Part shown: piece after piece, positions 51,605 through 61,902 of the stretch
Layout: each line of letters starts with the position of its first letter
Numbering within the stretch: position 1 is the stretch's first letter
Origin: Andalucia godoyi And28
Lineage: Eukaryota > Protista > Jakobida
Direction: 5' to 3'
NCBI GenBank assembly: GCA_009859145.1
Contig: VRVR01000024.1
Coordinates: forward strand, 118,896 to 182,895
DNA: 64,000 nucleotides
Notes under the pieces: generated by a model
Told to the model about the DNA's origin: nothing
Database searches by the model: none
Seen by the model: only the letters and a program-made list of their open reading frames with translations
Program-made: the position numbers and the translations under genes

Positions 51605-54526
51605 CTAGACATGATCGTGATTTCCGACAACAGGCCGCAAGGCAGGGGGATCTTCTGGGAAAAGAAAAGGACCAATTTCTCGAAAGACCCAATCCCAAAT
51701 GATAGGCGCAAAGAACTCGGGAGCATCCGGATCCTCTTGATAGCGGAAGCGTTCTGCGGCGAGGCGGGTGTCGGCAACAGGACGAAACTTTGTGGCACCT
51801 CGCTCCAAAGCGCGCAGTACAGACTCATTACTGTCAAACTCGACGCCTGCATCTACCAAACATTTGGAAAAATGGTCAATAACCTTTGACAGCATCTTCA
51901 CAGACAATGCTCTGGGAAGCACGAGATGGAGGTTATTCATCAGTGACGAATCTGGGGAAGGCCGATTTCCCACCTGGTGAACCGCATTCAAAACGGGATC
52001 TGTTTGTAGTGAAACCAGTGTCGCGATGACATCCAAGTTCCTTTCGGGACGATTCAAAACCAATCCGCAGACAACAACGCATGCCATGTTGGTCACGGAT
52101 ACCAATTGCTTAAATGCAGAATCTTCAGAACCGTCGATAAGGTGCTCCGCGACGGGAAGGTTCCGGTTCTCAAACGAGGAAGATCGAGGGAGTTGCGATC
52201 GCGGGGACTGTCGTTTCTGCGAATTCGCGGGAGACCCCGGGAGAGAGGATCCTCGTTTGTCACAATACGCAGAGGCCCAGCGAGCAAGAACGCAAAGCAA
52301 GCGCACCAGAGAATTCGCAACCGACGGATGTAGCTTCGAGCAGTGGGGCGCAATGTTGACCATGACTGCCAGCGAATTGGCGAACAATTCCCATTCTTCG
52401 TCTCCCATTGACTGTTGCTCGTCACCAGACTCATCCCGATTTGACAGCAAGGTAGATGTCGAATACAAGCCTTCAATGGTAGCAAAGACCACCCGGCACA
52501 AGATTGAAATCATGACAGACAGCACTGAAACTTGGACTCGAGAACGCTCAAGAGGCTGCGGAAGCCACCGGCCCGTCAAATCACTCTTTTTTATGTACGA
52601 AGACCCCAGGTATTCGAGGAGCGGATCGTCTTCAGAAATAACCAAAAGCGAAAGAACCAGAGTGTGCGACAGTGACAAGAGTGACGCACGTTCGTGCTCC
52701 AAGGATCGAACGGACGTCGATTTGGAAGCCTCGGCGCCATGATTTGATGCACTGTTCAGCGTCTTTGCATCACCACAGATGGTCGAGGTTCGAAAGCAAG
52801 CAACGGACAGCAGCTTCAGAACCGGGAGAACCAGGCGCTGGGAAACGTCGGACCTGGAAAATGCATACGTTCGAAAGGAACGGCAATGTACGAGAAAACA
52901 GTACAGCGTCATTGCATGCGCATGCAGAAGCGAGATCGAGATCGAGATCTTGGAAGATGTCGCCAACGATGCGGCAGCAGAGGAAGCGGAGGACGATGAT
53001 GACGACAACGACGACGACGAAGGGCCAGAAGTTGCAGAGCTCGACGGACGTGCATGAGTAGTTGTTGCGGTCGTGTTTGGAGCAGATCTGAAGGAGAGGA
53101 AAGGGATGGAAGGAAGCGACGGCATCTTTGGAATCCAGGATGCAGAGGACACTTGGTCAGTGACGGTTGAAGACCATTGAGAAACTGCAGGTGGCAAAAA
53201 CTTGTTCAGGAACGAGTCTTCGGTGGAACGCCCAGAACCAAACTTCTGAATCCCCCGGTACAACCCAAACGCCGACTCTGACGCAGACCATTTGTCCTGC
53301 CGAATCCCCACAAACGCGATTTCCCGTTGCAGGGCAGCAGAAAACGAATCCAACAGCAAGCTGAACAGCGCGCAGTCTTCCGAGGAATCTGCACGTAATG
53401 CAAATGCAAGGGCCCTGGAAACGGCAGATCTGTCATAAAACAAGTTAACATAACCCGTTGTGCTGTCTTGAGGATTCAGTTCAGATGGAGACGCAGCAAA
53501 GCTATCCGCAACCGTCGCCGGCAGGTACGTCAAGCACACAAACAGCAGTGGTGAGTATGCCGGAAATGCGCTACTCACCATTACGGCATGCATCTTTTGC
53601 ACAATCCCTGGGGAAGTAATCAGAAACTGCATGAAGGAGTCGTCTCGAAACAGCAACGATAGCAACACAACCGATCGAAGCGGATGATCCGAGGATTTCC
53701 CGTGTATCTGCGAAATGAAGAACCACTCGAGTTCATTCCGAAACAAGTTGCCATTGTCCAAATCATCCAAAGTAAGCGCAGAGTCTTTGTTCGTTCCTGA
53801 AATCGACGTATCTGGACGGGACGCTACGGTCAAATTCTCGCAACAGATGTGTTTCCACCATCCGTTTTCAATTGCCAATGAAACAAGCATGCACCAGCCA
53901 CCAGCACTCGCCCTCTTTCCATCGACGGCTGTGACCATTTCTCTCCAAACGAGTCTCCAGTGTGATTTATGGACTGTAAATCGCTGCACCGCAATCGGGA
54001 TTGCGCTTCTCGACAGCTGTTGCGCAACATGAAACACAGAGCCTGCTCCGGACCGGTCCAACGCATCAGCAGCAACACTCTCATTTGCAGCAGTCATCAT
54101 CGACGCCGATGAGTACGAGCACGAGCACAGCGTTGAAGCAAGTGCGAGCATTTTTGAAACATCCAATGAACTCAGCACATTGTCCATCGACGCAATCTCG
54201 GGGTCTGACAGAGGAATGCAAGTCGACAATCTCGACAAGGACGTGCACTCAGCATTTGTAAACACATTAATAGAGTCCCTTCTCCGGGGATCATGACCCT
54301 TTGGAGGTGGAGGTGACAGTGGAGGTGGCATGGGTCCGTCATGAAGTGGCCTTCGGTCAGTGTGCAAAATCGGCTTCTCCGACGTCGTTCCAGCAGCTGT
54401 CGCAGTTGTAGTTGTAGGACTTGGCCCTTGGCTTGGAATTTGACTTTGACTTGGCGCCAGTGGAACGGACGCATTGCGGCTTTGCTCAGATGCATTTGAT
54501 TGTCCAACAGACAGAGTTGTACCCAT
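51605..54526 (-). CDS. DYM: Dymeclin-like Golgi protein
   Basis: MGxxxS myristoylation start; LYCFLV...FRTY...R.D...LVLPVL, LLVISED, NSLAVMVN, and C-terminal FRYQED..PEFFAPIIW. Confidence 0.75.
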   Translation of the reverse strand: MGTTLSVGQSNASEQSRNASVPLAPSQSQIPSQGPSPTTTTATAAGTTSEKPILHTDRRPLHDGPMPPPLSPPPPKGHDPRRRDSINVFTNAECTSLSRLSTCIPLSDPEIASMDNVLSSLDVSKMLALASTLCSCSYSSASMMTAANESVAADALDRSGAGSVFHVAQQLSRSAIPIAVQRFTVHKSHWRLVWREMVTAVDGKRASAGGWCMLVSLAIENGWWKHICCENLTVASRPDTSISGTNKDSALTLDDLDNGNLFRNELEWFFISQIHGKSSDHPLRSVVLLSLLFRDDSFMQFLITSPGIVQKMHAVMVSSAFPAYSPLLFVCLTYLPATVADSFAASPSELNPQDSTTGYVNLFYDRSAVSRALAFALRADSSEDCALFSLLLDSFSAALQREIAFVGIRQDKWSASESAFGLYRGIQKFGSGRSTEDSFLNKFLPPAVSQWSSTVTDQVSSASWIPKMPSLPSIPFLSFRSAPNTTATTTHARPSSSATSGPSSSSLSSSSSSASSAAASLATSSKISISISLLHAHAMTLYCFLVHCRSFRTYAFSRSDVSQRLVLPVLKLLSVACFRTSTICGDAKTLNSASNHGAEASKSTSVRSLEHERASLLSLSHTLVLSLLVISEDDPLLEYLGSSYIKKSDLTGRWLPQPLERSRVQVSVLSVMISILCRVVFATIEGLYSTSTLLSNRDESGDEQQSMGDEEWELFANSLAVMVNIAPHCSKLHPSVANSLVRLLCVLARWASAYCDKRGSSLPGSPANSQKRQSPRSQLPRSSSFENRNLPVAEHLIDGSEDSAFKQLVSVTNMACVVVCGLVLNRPERNLDVIATLVSLQTDPVLNAVHQVGNRPSPDSSLMNNLHLVLPRALSVKMLSKVIDHFSKCLVDAGVEFDSNESVLRALERGATKFRPVADTRLAAERFRYQEDPDAPEFFAPIIWDWVFREIGPFLFPEDPPALRPVVGNHDHV

Positions 54527-54789
54527 ACTCTCTCATGCACAACAACCCTCAACAATCACCAAGGAACAGTACTGTGATAATAACAATTGATCAGCTTGTA
54601 TGTGTGTATTCTTTGGCTTCAGTCGCCAGTCGGATTGTCGGGTTTGCTGGGTTGTCAGACTCGTCGTTGCCCTTCACTGTCCCAACTATTTAAATGCGTT
54701 TTTATCTCTTACCATCATTATCATTGTCATTATTATTATTGCTACATTTTGCACATTTACTTGTCAAAGAGGATTCGTTTTCTTATTCG

Positions 54790-54817
54790 GATGCTTGATG
54801 CTTGATGCTTGATGCTT
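54790..54817 (+). repeat. (GATGCTT)x4 heptamer tandem repeat
   Basis: Four perfect units in the DYM/CFAP410 divergent intergenic region. Confidence 0.9.
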
Positions 54818-55021
54818 GGTTTTTCTGAAAACAGTTTGAAAGACACGTTCGGGAAAATACCCGATTGAGATGCCGCGTCGTTTTTTATCGATGTCAACTT
54901 CCCATCTCTAATTTCCCGCACAGTGGTTGGATTGTTTTCATTTTTTTGACTGGTGTTTTGTAGATCGCATTGTTCGTTATAGGGGGCTACTAGTATTCAT
55001 TCAGTCAGTCAGGGAAGAGGG

Positions 55022-55052
<31 letters not shown>

Positions 55053-55061
55053 AGGAAGCCA

Positions 55062-56003
55062 ATGACGCAGCTAACAGACTTCCATTTGCGATCGCGGACT
55101 CGACAGGAGCTGTCTGCGATTACACATTTGAATTTGTGTGGACACCACCTTACGGATGTTTCGATCCTGGTGAATTGTCGGCGGTTGCAGGTGCTCTCTG
55201 TTGCGGTGAACTGTCTGGATGAAAACCAGCTGATGTATATATCGGAATTGACGAATCTCAAAGAGCTGTCGTTGAGAGCAAACAACATAGCAGACATCCG
55301 AAGAGCGTGCCATCACTTGAAGAAGCTGCCCGTGCTGCAAAAGTTGTGGCTTTTGGGAAATCCGTGCGTCGAGGCGGTGGGTGGGGACCAGAATTACAGA
55401 GACTTTGTTTGGACCGAACTTCCGCAGATTGACATGCTCGATGATCGTACTCGTCCTTTGGAGCAGGAAGGACAAGGGGAGGACAAGGACAAGAGGAAAG
55501 CGGAGTTGGTGGAGAACTTGGGTCGCAGCAATGCAGTCCGTAATGCAGCAGATGGAGAATTCAAGGTCCATCGCGTCGCCGAGATTCGCAGTTTTCCCAA
55601 TGCCAATGCCAATGCCAGTGCCAGTGCCAATCAGCATGATGGCGGGCTAAAGAAAGGTGCTGGCAATATTCGATATTCAGAGTCCAATGTGACGCAGCGA
55701 GTACAAGACCTGAATGACGTGCTCCGGCTTGTTCCGAAACTTGCGGCCGAGGATCTCGAAGTAGTCTTTGCGGCCGTCCAAGTCCAGCTCCAACGCGCCA
55801 AAGAAAAGGGAAATCATCCGTTGATCTTTGCGTCTCCAGAGAAGCAGCTGCCACTCCAACAACCGCAAGGAACTGCTGCTGCACGAGCCGTCGCATCCTC
55901 CCCCTCAACACCAGAACGATGCTCCAATCGCGTCGTTGCTATCGACTCGCAAAACACTCCATCAAAACGTAGTGCCGACCGTGCAATCGTTGGATTCCAT
56001 TAA
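55062..56003 (+). CDS. CFAP410: CFAP410/C21orf2-like LRR protein
   Basis: LNLCG..LTDVSIL, LSVAVN, LKELSLRANNIAD, LWLLGNPC, YR..V..LPQI..LD, and the C-terminal conserved helix NV...L.LV.KL..EDLEVV. Confidence 0.78.
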   Translation: MTQLTDFHLRSRTRQELSAITHLNLCGHHLTDVSILVNCRRLQVLSVAVNCLDENQLMYISELTNLKELSLRANNIADIRRACHHLKKLPVLQKLWLLGNPCVEAVGGDQNYRDFVWTELPQIDMLDDRTRPLEQEGQGEDKDKRKAELVENLGRSNAVRNAADGEFKVHRVAEIRSFPNANANASASANQHDGGLKKGAGNIRYSESNVTQRVQDLNDVLRLVPKLAAEDLEVVFAAVQVQLQRAKEKGNHPLIFASPEKQLPLQQPQGTAAARAVASSPSTPERCSNRVVAIDSQNTPSKRSADRAIVGFH

Positions 56004-56019
56004 TCGCATTTCTGTACAA

Positions 56020-56264
56020 AATCGTCATCTTCCTCTTCTGTATCGTCATCATCTTCTTTTCAAGCAGTAGTCTCCATGTACGTTACCTGTACCGATGACA
56101 CGAAAAAAATGTCTTTCTTCGTTCGTACTGTCTATTGTAAAAAGAATTCCGCTCAAGTGCTGGGGGCCTACCCTCTTCCCGTCCATGGCGACATGGTCCG
56201 GGTTGCAACACTGAGTACGCATGACTGGCGATGATCAACCATCATTAGTGTAATAACGTAAGCG
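56020..56264 (+). mobile_element. Non-autonomous TnpB/Fanzor-derived element, copy 4 (mostly the right end)
   Basis: CCATGTACGTTAC (56074; copy 3 has CCATGTACGTCAC at 18428), ACCGATGACACGAAA (copy 1: ACTGAGGACACGAAA), AAGAAT..GTGCTGGGGGCCTACCCTC, and the end TAACGTAAGCG. Reading KNSAQVLGAYPLP..ATL..D.R* matches copy 3 VLGAYPLP..ATL..D.R*. Confidence 0.72.

Positions 56265-56265
<1 letters not shown>

Positions 56266-56303
<38 letters not shown>
56266..56303 (+). repeat. (TG)n microsatellite abutting the right end of copy 4
   Basis: Directly visible. Confidence 0.95.
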
Positions 56304-56306
<3 letters not shown>

Positions 56307-56650
56307 AATCTTTGATCGTCGGTTAACCAACACTGCAATAGTATCAATTAGAACCAATTAGCATAGATGTAGCGGTATGTTGTGGACACGCACGCCAAGT
56401 TCTCAACACCTGTAAAAACAACACTAGCCATTATTATTACAAAGACCCGAAAGGCGAAGAAGTCGATGTTGCTGCAAAGACTCAGCAGTCTCGCAAAGCA
56501 AAAGAAGAAAGAAAGAAATACTCATTGGACTGGAGGTGCTGCGAAGTTTTTGGGATTGGAGGGGATCATATTTTGTCTGTTTTGCGCGATTGACGATTGT
56601 TGTGAGTGACCCGCGGTGCAGCTTGGAATTCAGGTTTGGGACATTACACA

Positions 56651-57931
56651 ATGAGCTCGTTGGAAGAGAGTGCGTCAAAGAATGCACAATTAGGACAGCA
56701 ACGGAAGGAGAATGAGAAGGAGAATGAGAAGGAGAAGGAGAAGAAGAAGCAAGGAGAAGAGGAAGAGGAGGACTGGGAGGTCAAGGGACCGCCAGTGTAT
56801 GACCGACCGGAGATTCCGATGAGCCATGCAATTTTCCAGACAAGATTAACGGACTCCATGCTGCAGAATGATGAAACGATTGCCGCGATGCAGAGTCTTA
56901 TTTATGACGAAACAACACCGGATGAACGGGCGAGGAATTGGAAAAACACGGCGAACGAGATGCTGGGTTTGAAGACCGAGGCTGGAGCCCGGAATGCAAT
57001 TGGATACTACACCCAAGCGCTGCAGGAAGAGCTTACGGACATGGAGCTCAAGTCACAATTGCTCAATAATCGGTCGCAGGCGAATCTGCAGATCAAGAAC
57101 TACGGACATGCGATTGAGGATGCAAGGGCCGTGCTGGCACTTCGTTCGTATGCTGGTGAATCGGCGGTAGTGAAGGCGTGTTTTCGAGGAGCGAAAGGTG
57201 CATCGGCTGTGAGTCGGTATGACGACACGATCGACTTCTGCGATTGCGCTTTAAAGATACTTCGGCCAATGCTTTCTGGGGAACGGGCATTGAAGATGGC
57301 GGAGAAGGATCGAAAGCGTGAGGAAGAGCTGAAGAGCCAGTTCGAACAGATGCTGAAAGAGTCTGCGGCAAAGCGAACCGAGGTGGAGCGAAAGAGAGAG
57401 AAGGATGAAAAGGAACGGAAGAAGAGAAACAAGCTGTGGGGTGAGTTGAAGAGGAGACTGATTCGCATTGGACCGATGGAGATACCCGAAGGAACAGTCC
57501 AAGGGGGAGAGTTCCGGCTTGATTACGATGTGTCAGACACCGGGGAGCTATCATTGCCGTGTGTGGTGCTCTATGATCAGCTAGGGCAGTCCGATTTCAT
57601 TAACCGAGTCTCGGAGTTTCATCCCTTGTCGGCGCAATTAGAACAGCTATTCCCGGTCCCGTGGGATCCGTCGCTTTCGCTGCAGTCCGTCAAGTGCTTC
57701 TATCTCTCGCGTTTTGGACAGTATGTGCCGTTTTCACATTCTGCATTGACGTTCGGAGAGCTGTGGCGCAAGGATGACTACTTCTTGCACGAAGGAATGT
57801 GTGTTATCCACGTGGTCATGAATGAAACTGACGAGCAAAAGGCGTTTGTAAAGCAGTGGATGCGCAGCAGTCCGGGCTCTAGCTGGGAAGCCAAGTTTGA
57901 TCAGTTCCAATACGAGGAACTTGGCAAGTAA
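56651..57931 (+). CDS. TTC4: TTC4/Cns1-like TPR Hsp70/Hsp90 co-chaperone
   Basis: AIFQT.L, ARNWK..AN, AIGYYTQAL, LLNNRSQANL..KNYG.AIEDA, KACFRGA, and C-terminal L.LPCVVLY...QSDFI. Confidence 0.8.
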   Translation: MSSLEESASKNAQLGQQRKENEKENEKEKEKKKQGEEEEEDWEVKGPPVYDRPEIPMSHAIFQTRLTDSMLQNDETIAAMQSLIYDETTPDERARNWKNTANEMLGLKTEAGARNAIGYYTQALQEELTDMELKSQLLNNRSQANLQIKNYGHAIEDARAVLALRSYAGESAVVKACFRGAKGASAVSRYDDTIDFCDCALKILRPMLSGERALKMAEKDRKREEELKSQFEQMLKESAAKRTEVERKREKDEKERKKRNKLWGELKRRLIRIGPMEIPEGTVQGGEFRLDYDVSDTGELSLPCVVLYDQLGQSDFINRVSEFHPLSAQLEQLFPVPWDPSLSLQSVKCFYLSRFGQYVPFSHSALTFGELWRKDDYFLHEGMCVIHVVMNETDEQKAFVKQWMRSSPGSSWEAKFDQFQYEELGK

Positions 57932-58144
57932 GCAGCGGTAAAAAGTAGAAGAAGGAAGGAAGGAAGGAAGGAAGGGAAAAAATAGTAATAATAATAATAC
58001 TAAATAAACTGAAACATGATTTCCTTTACATTTGTGCAAAGAGATGACAGTCGCGCGCGCACGCACGCACACACAACAAGAGAGATCCCGTCATTTTTGT
58101 CAACCCAGCGACTTTGTCGGCTTCTTCTTCCTCTCTCCTTTCAT

Positions 58145-61100
58145 TTAGTATCCAACTCGGCCGGGATAGCGGTTGAAGTTCCAGTATGTCATGACGAGAT
58201 CCTGGGGCGAGTCGTTGTTCGAGCCCATGCATCCAACATATCCACCACCACGGTCGTTGAGAATGACCCAATCTGTGGTTGCCGACGGCGTGATTCCCGT
58301 CTGGAGCATCGTGATTTCACCAACAAGCACCGGCCGATCCATGTTGTCCATGAAAATCGTCACCGTTCCAGCATGCGTGGAGAAGGAAGGCAAGTACCAC
58401 AATTTCACTTTGTGCTCATCTCCATCGGACATGTTCGGAATGGAAGGCGTCGCTGCAATCAGCTGGTCCTTGGAGTGATCAAGGGTGATTGCCGCACCAG
58501 ACAGGGGGATCGTTCCGAGAGTCGAAATTCCGGCTGCAAAAATTGCAACATGGTTATCTGCGTACGAGACATACTCCGTGGCGTTGATCCACCAGTGCTC
58601 AACACCCTGCTTTGGATCGTAAAAGTCCTTGTTGTGCCAGGTGTCGTGCTCCACCAGCATCATCTTCTTGTTGGTGACCAAGCTGAATCCCATATTTGCC
58701 ATTGCAGACGCGCCGACCGATGCGGTATTGATTTCAGTGGCAACATCATAAGGACCAGTGATACCGTGGACGAAACATGCAAAGCCGTCGCCTCCGCCGC
58801 AAAATCCATCGTCGCCTCCGCAAAGGTATTTGTTCAAGACAGTGAATCCGTAGTTCATCTCCCAACCATCTTTCAAGTACACTTCTTCCGCGTAGACGAA
58901 GCCGTTCACTTCTGGTGTTCCTTTTCTGGGATACAAGTATCCAGCCGTGACGGCATCATTAGCAGTCTTCGTGCGTCGGTTGAGACGGAAGCCGTATGCA
59001 CCGGAAGGAAGTACAAATCGATCTCCCTGACCGATCTTGAACAGGGTTTCCTTGATCGTCGCATGTCCGGCCACGGCTGCGGTCGGATGGTACGGGACAA
59101 CCAGCGCCGTGGATTCTGCTGTGTGCGATGTGAACTGCGTGCACTGCCATGGGTTCGTGCTGATGCCAAGAGTCGTGGAAGAAAGCCAGTCTCGGCACTC
59201 GAAGTTCGGAAAATCGGGGTCATAAAACAAGCGGATCTTGTACTCGGACGGCCCGGACTTTTGAGGATACTGATTGTCACCGTAGACTGCAAAACAGATT
59301 CCACCGTTTTCCGACGGGGTTTGGAAGGAAGTATGCATGTCCGCTTGGAGAATGTCAATGGCCCACGGATTCGATTCACGAATCGAGGTGTAGTGGAAGT
59401 TGTCCAAAGTCACGAGATTGCAAGTGGATTGCAGTGTGCGCAGAGCAACCAGATCGATGTTATCTCCGAGGCTCTTGGAATCATGGGTCATGACAACAAT
59501 GTGGACATTCAGGTATCGATTAGGAGGCTGAACGAAGTATCTTGCGTACATGTTGGGCCACACTGTTTCCAGGAACGTTCGCTCATACACAACCGAGTTG
59601 ATTGTCAAGCTGGCATCTTCGGGGAACGGGAACCATGTATCCGATCTGTAGCGACGCTGGTTGTTCAGTGTTCCAATCTGAGTTCGTTTGTCACCGTACA
59701 ACACGGCGTCCAGGTTACAGGCCTTTACATGCATGCTCATCTTGAACTGCACGTTGTGCGCTGGAGCAGTACCGTCAAACGGAGTGCAGACTCCTCCAAG
59801 ACTGTTGCGACCAAAGTCTCCGGAGAGAATTTCAGCAGGAGGAATCTGGAAAGCGCATCCAGAATACGCTGCGCACATTCCGCACACAGAACGGTCTCGG
59901 CGAGACTGTTCTCCAAAGGACGGAAATCCCACACTTTCGTCTGCGTTGAAATCAACTTGCTTGAAAGCCGTGAACCAGCTACAAGTGCCTTCTGTCAGAA
60001 GGATGACTCCATTCTGCGTTACTGTGTTACCAAAGTACGCGGCGTCCATGAATTTCTTGTTCAGAAGTGGAGAAACAACACTGTCAATCGGCTGGTCGTT
60101 GAAAGACGCCTTAAGCGGGATGGCAGCGAAGTCGATGCCCCCAGGTGTTCCCGCGTTGTACTGGAACAGACGTCCGTCAGTGGCCAAAAACAACTGATAC
60201 GTGGGGGTCCCTAACGCGTTGGAGAACAAGCGTGCAGCAGTCACTCGCGGCGATCCAGTAAAGAGCGACGAGGAACTGTCGAAAACAACGCTCCAACTGC
60301 TGCTGGCGTACTTTCTGATGTAGCCCGTACTGTCAAGAGCCACGAAACCTCCTGTAATTGGTACCGCTTGCACAATTCCGGTTGGGGCAGCAGCCACTGC
60401 AGTCGCGGCCGTGCAAGAGACGCCACAAGTGTACACAATGGTGGTTGCTGCTTGCGCATACGCGTACGATCCAAGGTTTCCACTTGCTGTTGCCGTGGCA
60501 ACCGGTCTTCCAACAAATGCATATCCCTCGGCATTGCATTCAAGTCCAATGAACTCGTAACCAGAGCCCGTTGTCACGGTGACCGTGGTCCAAGTAATGG
60601 ATGCTCCACTTGTTGACCCACATCCAATCGTACCATCGCCTGCACACAGTGAGAGGGAAGAAAAGAAGAAGAGAAAGCCATTAGAATGTTGACGGAAAAG
60701 CGTGCATTATAACGTGCAGAAAAGGGGGGAAAACAGCACACCCACACACACAAAACAAAACACATACTCATCAGTGCACAAGCCGTCGTTTCAGCTGCGC
60801 AGATTTTGGTTGGTATGACGGCTCCATTTGCAGGGGTAAAAGCCGCAGCACCAATAGTACCGGTACTGGGTGCCCATGCGTGAACAATGCCTGCGTTCGT
60901 CAGACCGATGATCTTTGAGCCATCAGAGGCAATGGCCGCATCGACGAACACGGCAGTACTCGCGATATTGCAAGTAGCAAGCGTTGCGGGCGCCGCAGCA
61001 TTTGTTGCGCACGAATACACATTGCCGTTGCTTCCGAGCGCAACAACATATGTCGCAGTCTTTGCAGTCGTGATTCTTCGAACCTTGACGGCCGCATCCG

Positions 61101-61218
61101 TCATAACCTTTGCAAATGTTGTACCAGTCGTGGCCCACACTTCCTGTGCTGTCGAGGCAGCAAAGAGGGAGCAGAGACAAGCGAAGCCAATCGCCAAAAG
61201 AAAAAGTTCCTTCTTCAT
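58145..61218 (-). CDS. Secreted ~981-aa protein, join(61218..60768, 60639..58145): signal peptide, RCC1/propeller-like repeats, C-terminal legume (L-type) lectin-like domain
   Basis: Removing a 128-nt GT-AG intron joins the two ORFs in frame (ALMS|DGTIGC). Lectin motifs GGDGFACF, LVEHDTW.N...DP, NHVAI, DGDEHKVKLWY, GYVG. Confidence 0.8.
60640..60767 (-). other. Spliceosomal intron
   Basis: GTATGT donor, TTCTAAT branch-like site, pyrimidine tract, TGCAG acceptor; restores the reading frame. Confidence 0.85.
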
Positions 61219-61343
61219 TCTCTTCCTCCTAGGATCTTTTCCTTTCTCTTCTTTTGTTGGCGAACTTCAAGATACCTCGGAACCAAAAACCAAACCAAAT
61301 CAAACCCAAAAAAAGAAAAGGAAAAAACAAGAAAAGAAAAGAG

Positions 61344-61344
<1 letters not shown>

Positions 61345-61408
<64 letters not shown>
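61345..61408 (+). repeat. (GA)n microsatellite
   Basis: Directly visible, upstream of the lectin-domain gene. Confidence 0.95.
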
Positions 61409-61412
<4 letters not shown>

Positions 61413-61902
61413 AAGAAAAGAGAGACAAGGAAACTGGAAAGGCCCTAGCAGCCAGGAAAATGAGGAAGTCAGGAAATTCAAAAGGGAAGAAGGAAGAAGG
61501 AAGAAGGAAGAAGGAAAAAGGAAGAAGGAAGAAGAAAACGAAGAGGTGGTGAAATTGAAAGAAGAAAAAAGAAGCTAAGGAGGAAGAGCAAGGACCTGCG
61601 ACATAGAAACGAGAAGAAGGAAAAACAAAAGCGTGGGTTAGAAAACGTGAGAAAACCCCCACGAGGAGCACTGGGGCGCGGGTTAAGGACATGGAAGACT
61701 GCTTGCATTGCATTCGTGTTTGTTGACAGGTGGTGATTTTTCCCTATTCCGAAACAGGTAGTGAGTACGAGTAGTTGCTTGGGTCGTAAGCAATACGACA
61801 GCTCGGGAATTCTCTCTCTCGGCACGAAGCACCCGAGGAGACATATGTGTTTCTTTTAAATAAAATATATAAAAAAGTGAACCATTCTTCGGAAAGAAAG
61901 AA

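Noticed and set aside
58016-60214. 732-aa plus-strand ORF
   Set aside because: It lies entirely antisense to the lectin-domain gene and has no motifs; it is a codon-bias shadow.
61671-61791. Collinear short matches to copy 4 (CTGGGG, GACATGG, TTGCA, TGAGTACG, CGTAAGC)
   Set aside because: Spacing is inconsistent and the hairpin is absent; it cannot be distinguished from chance without a profile search.
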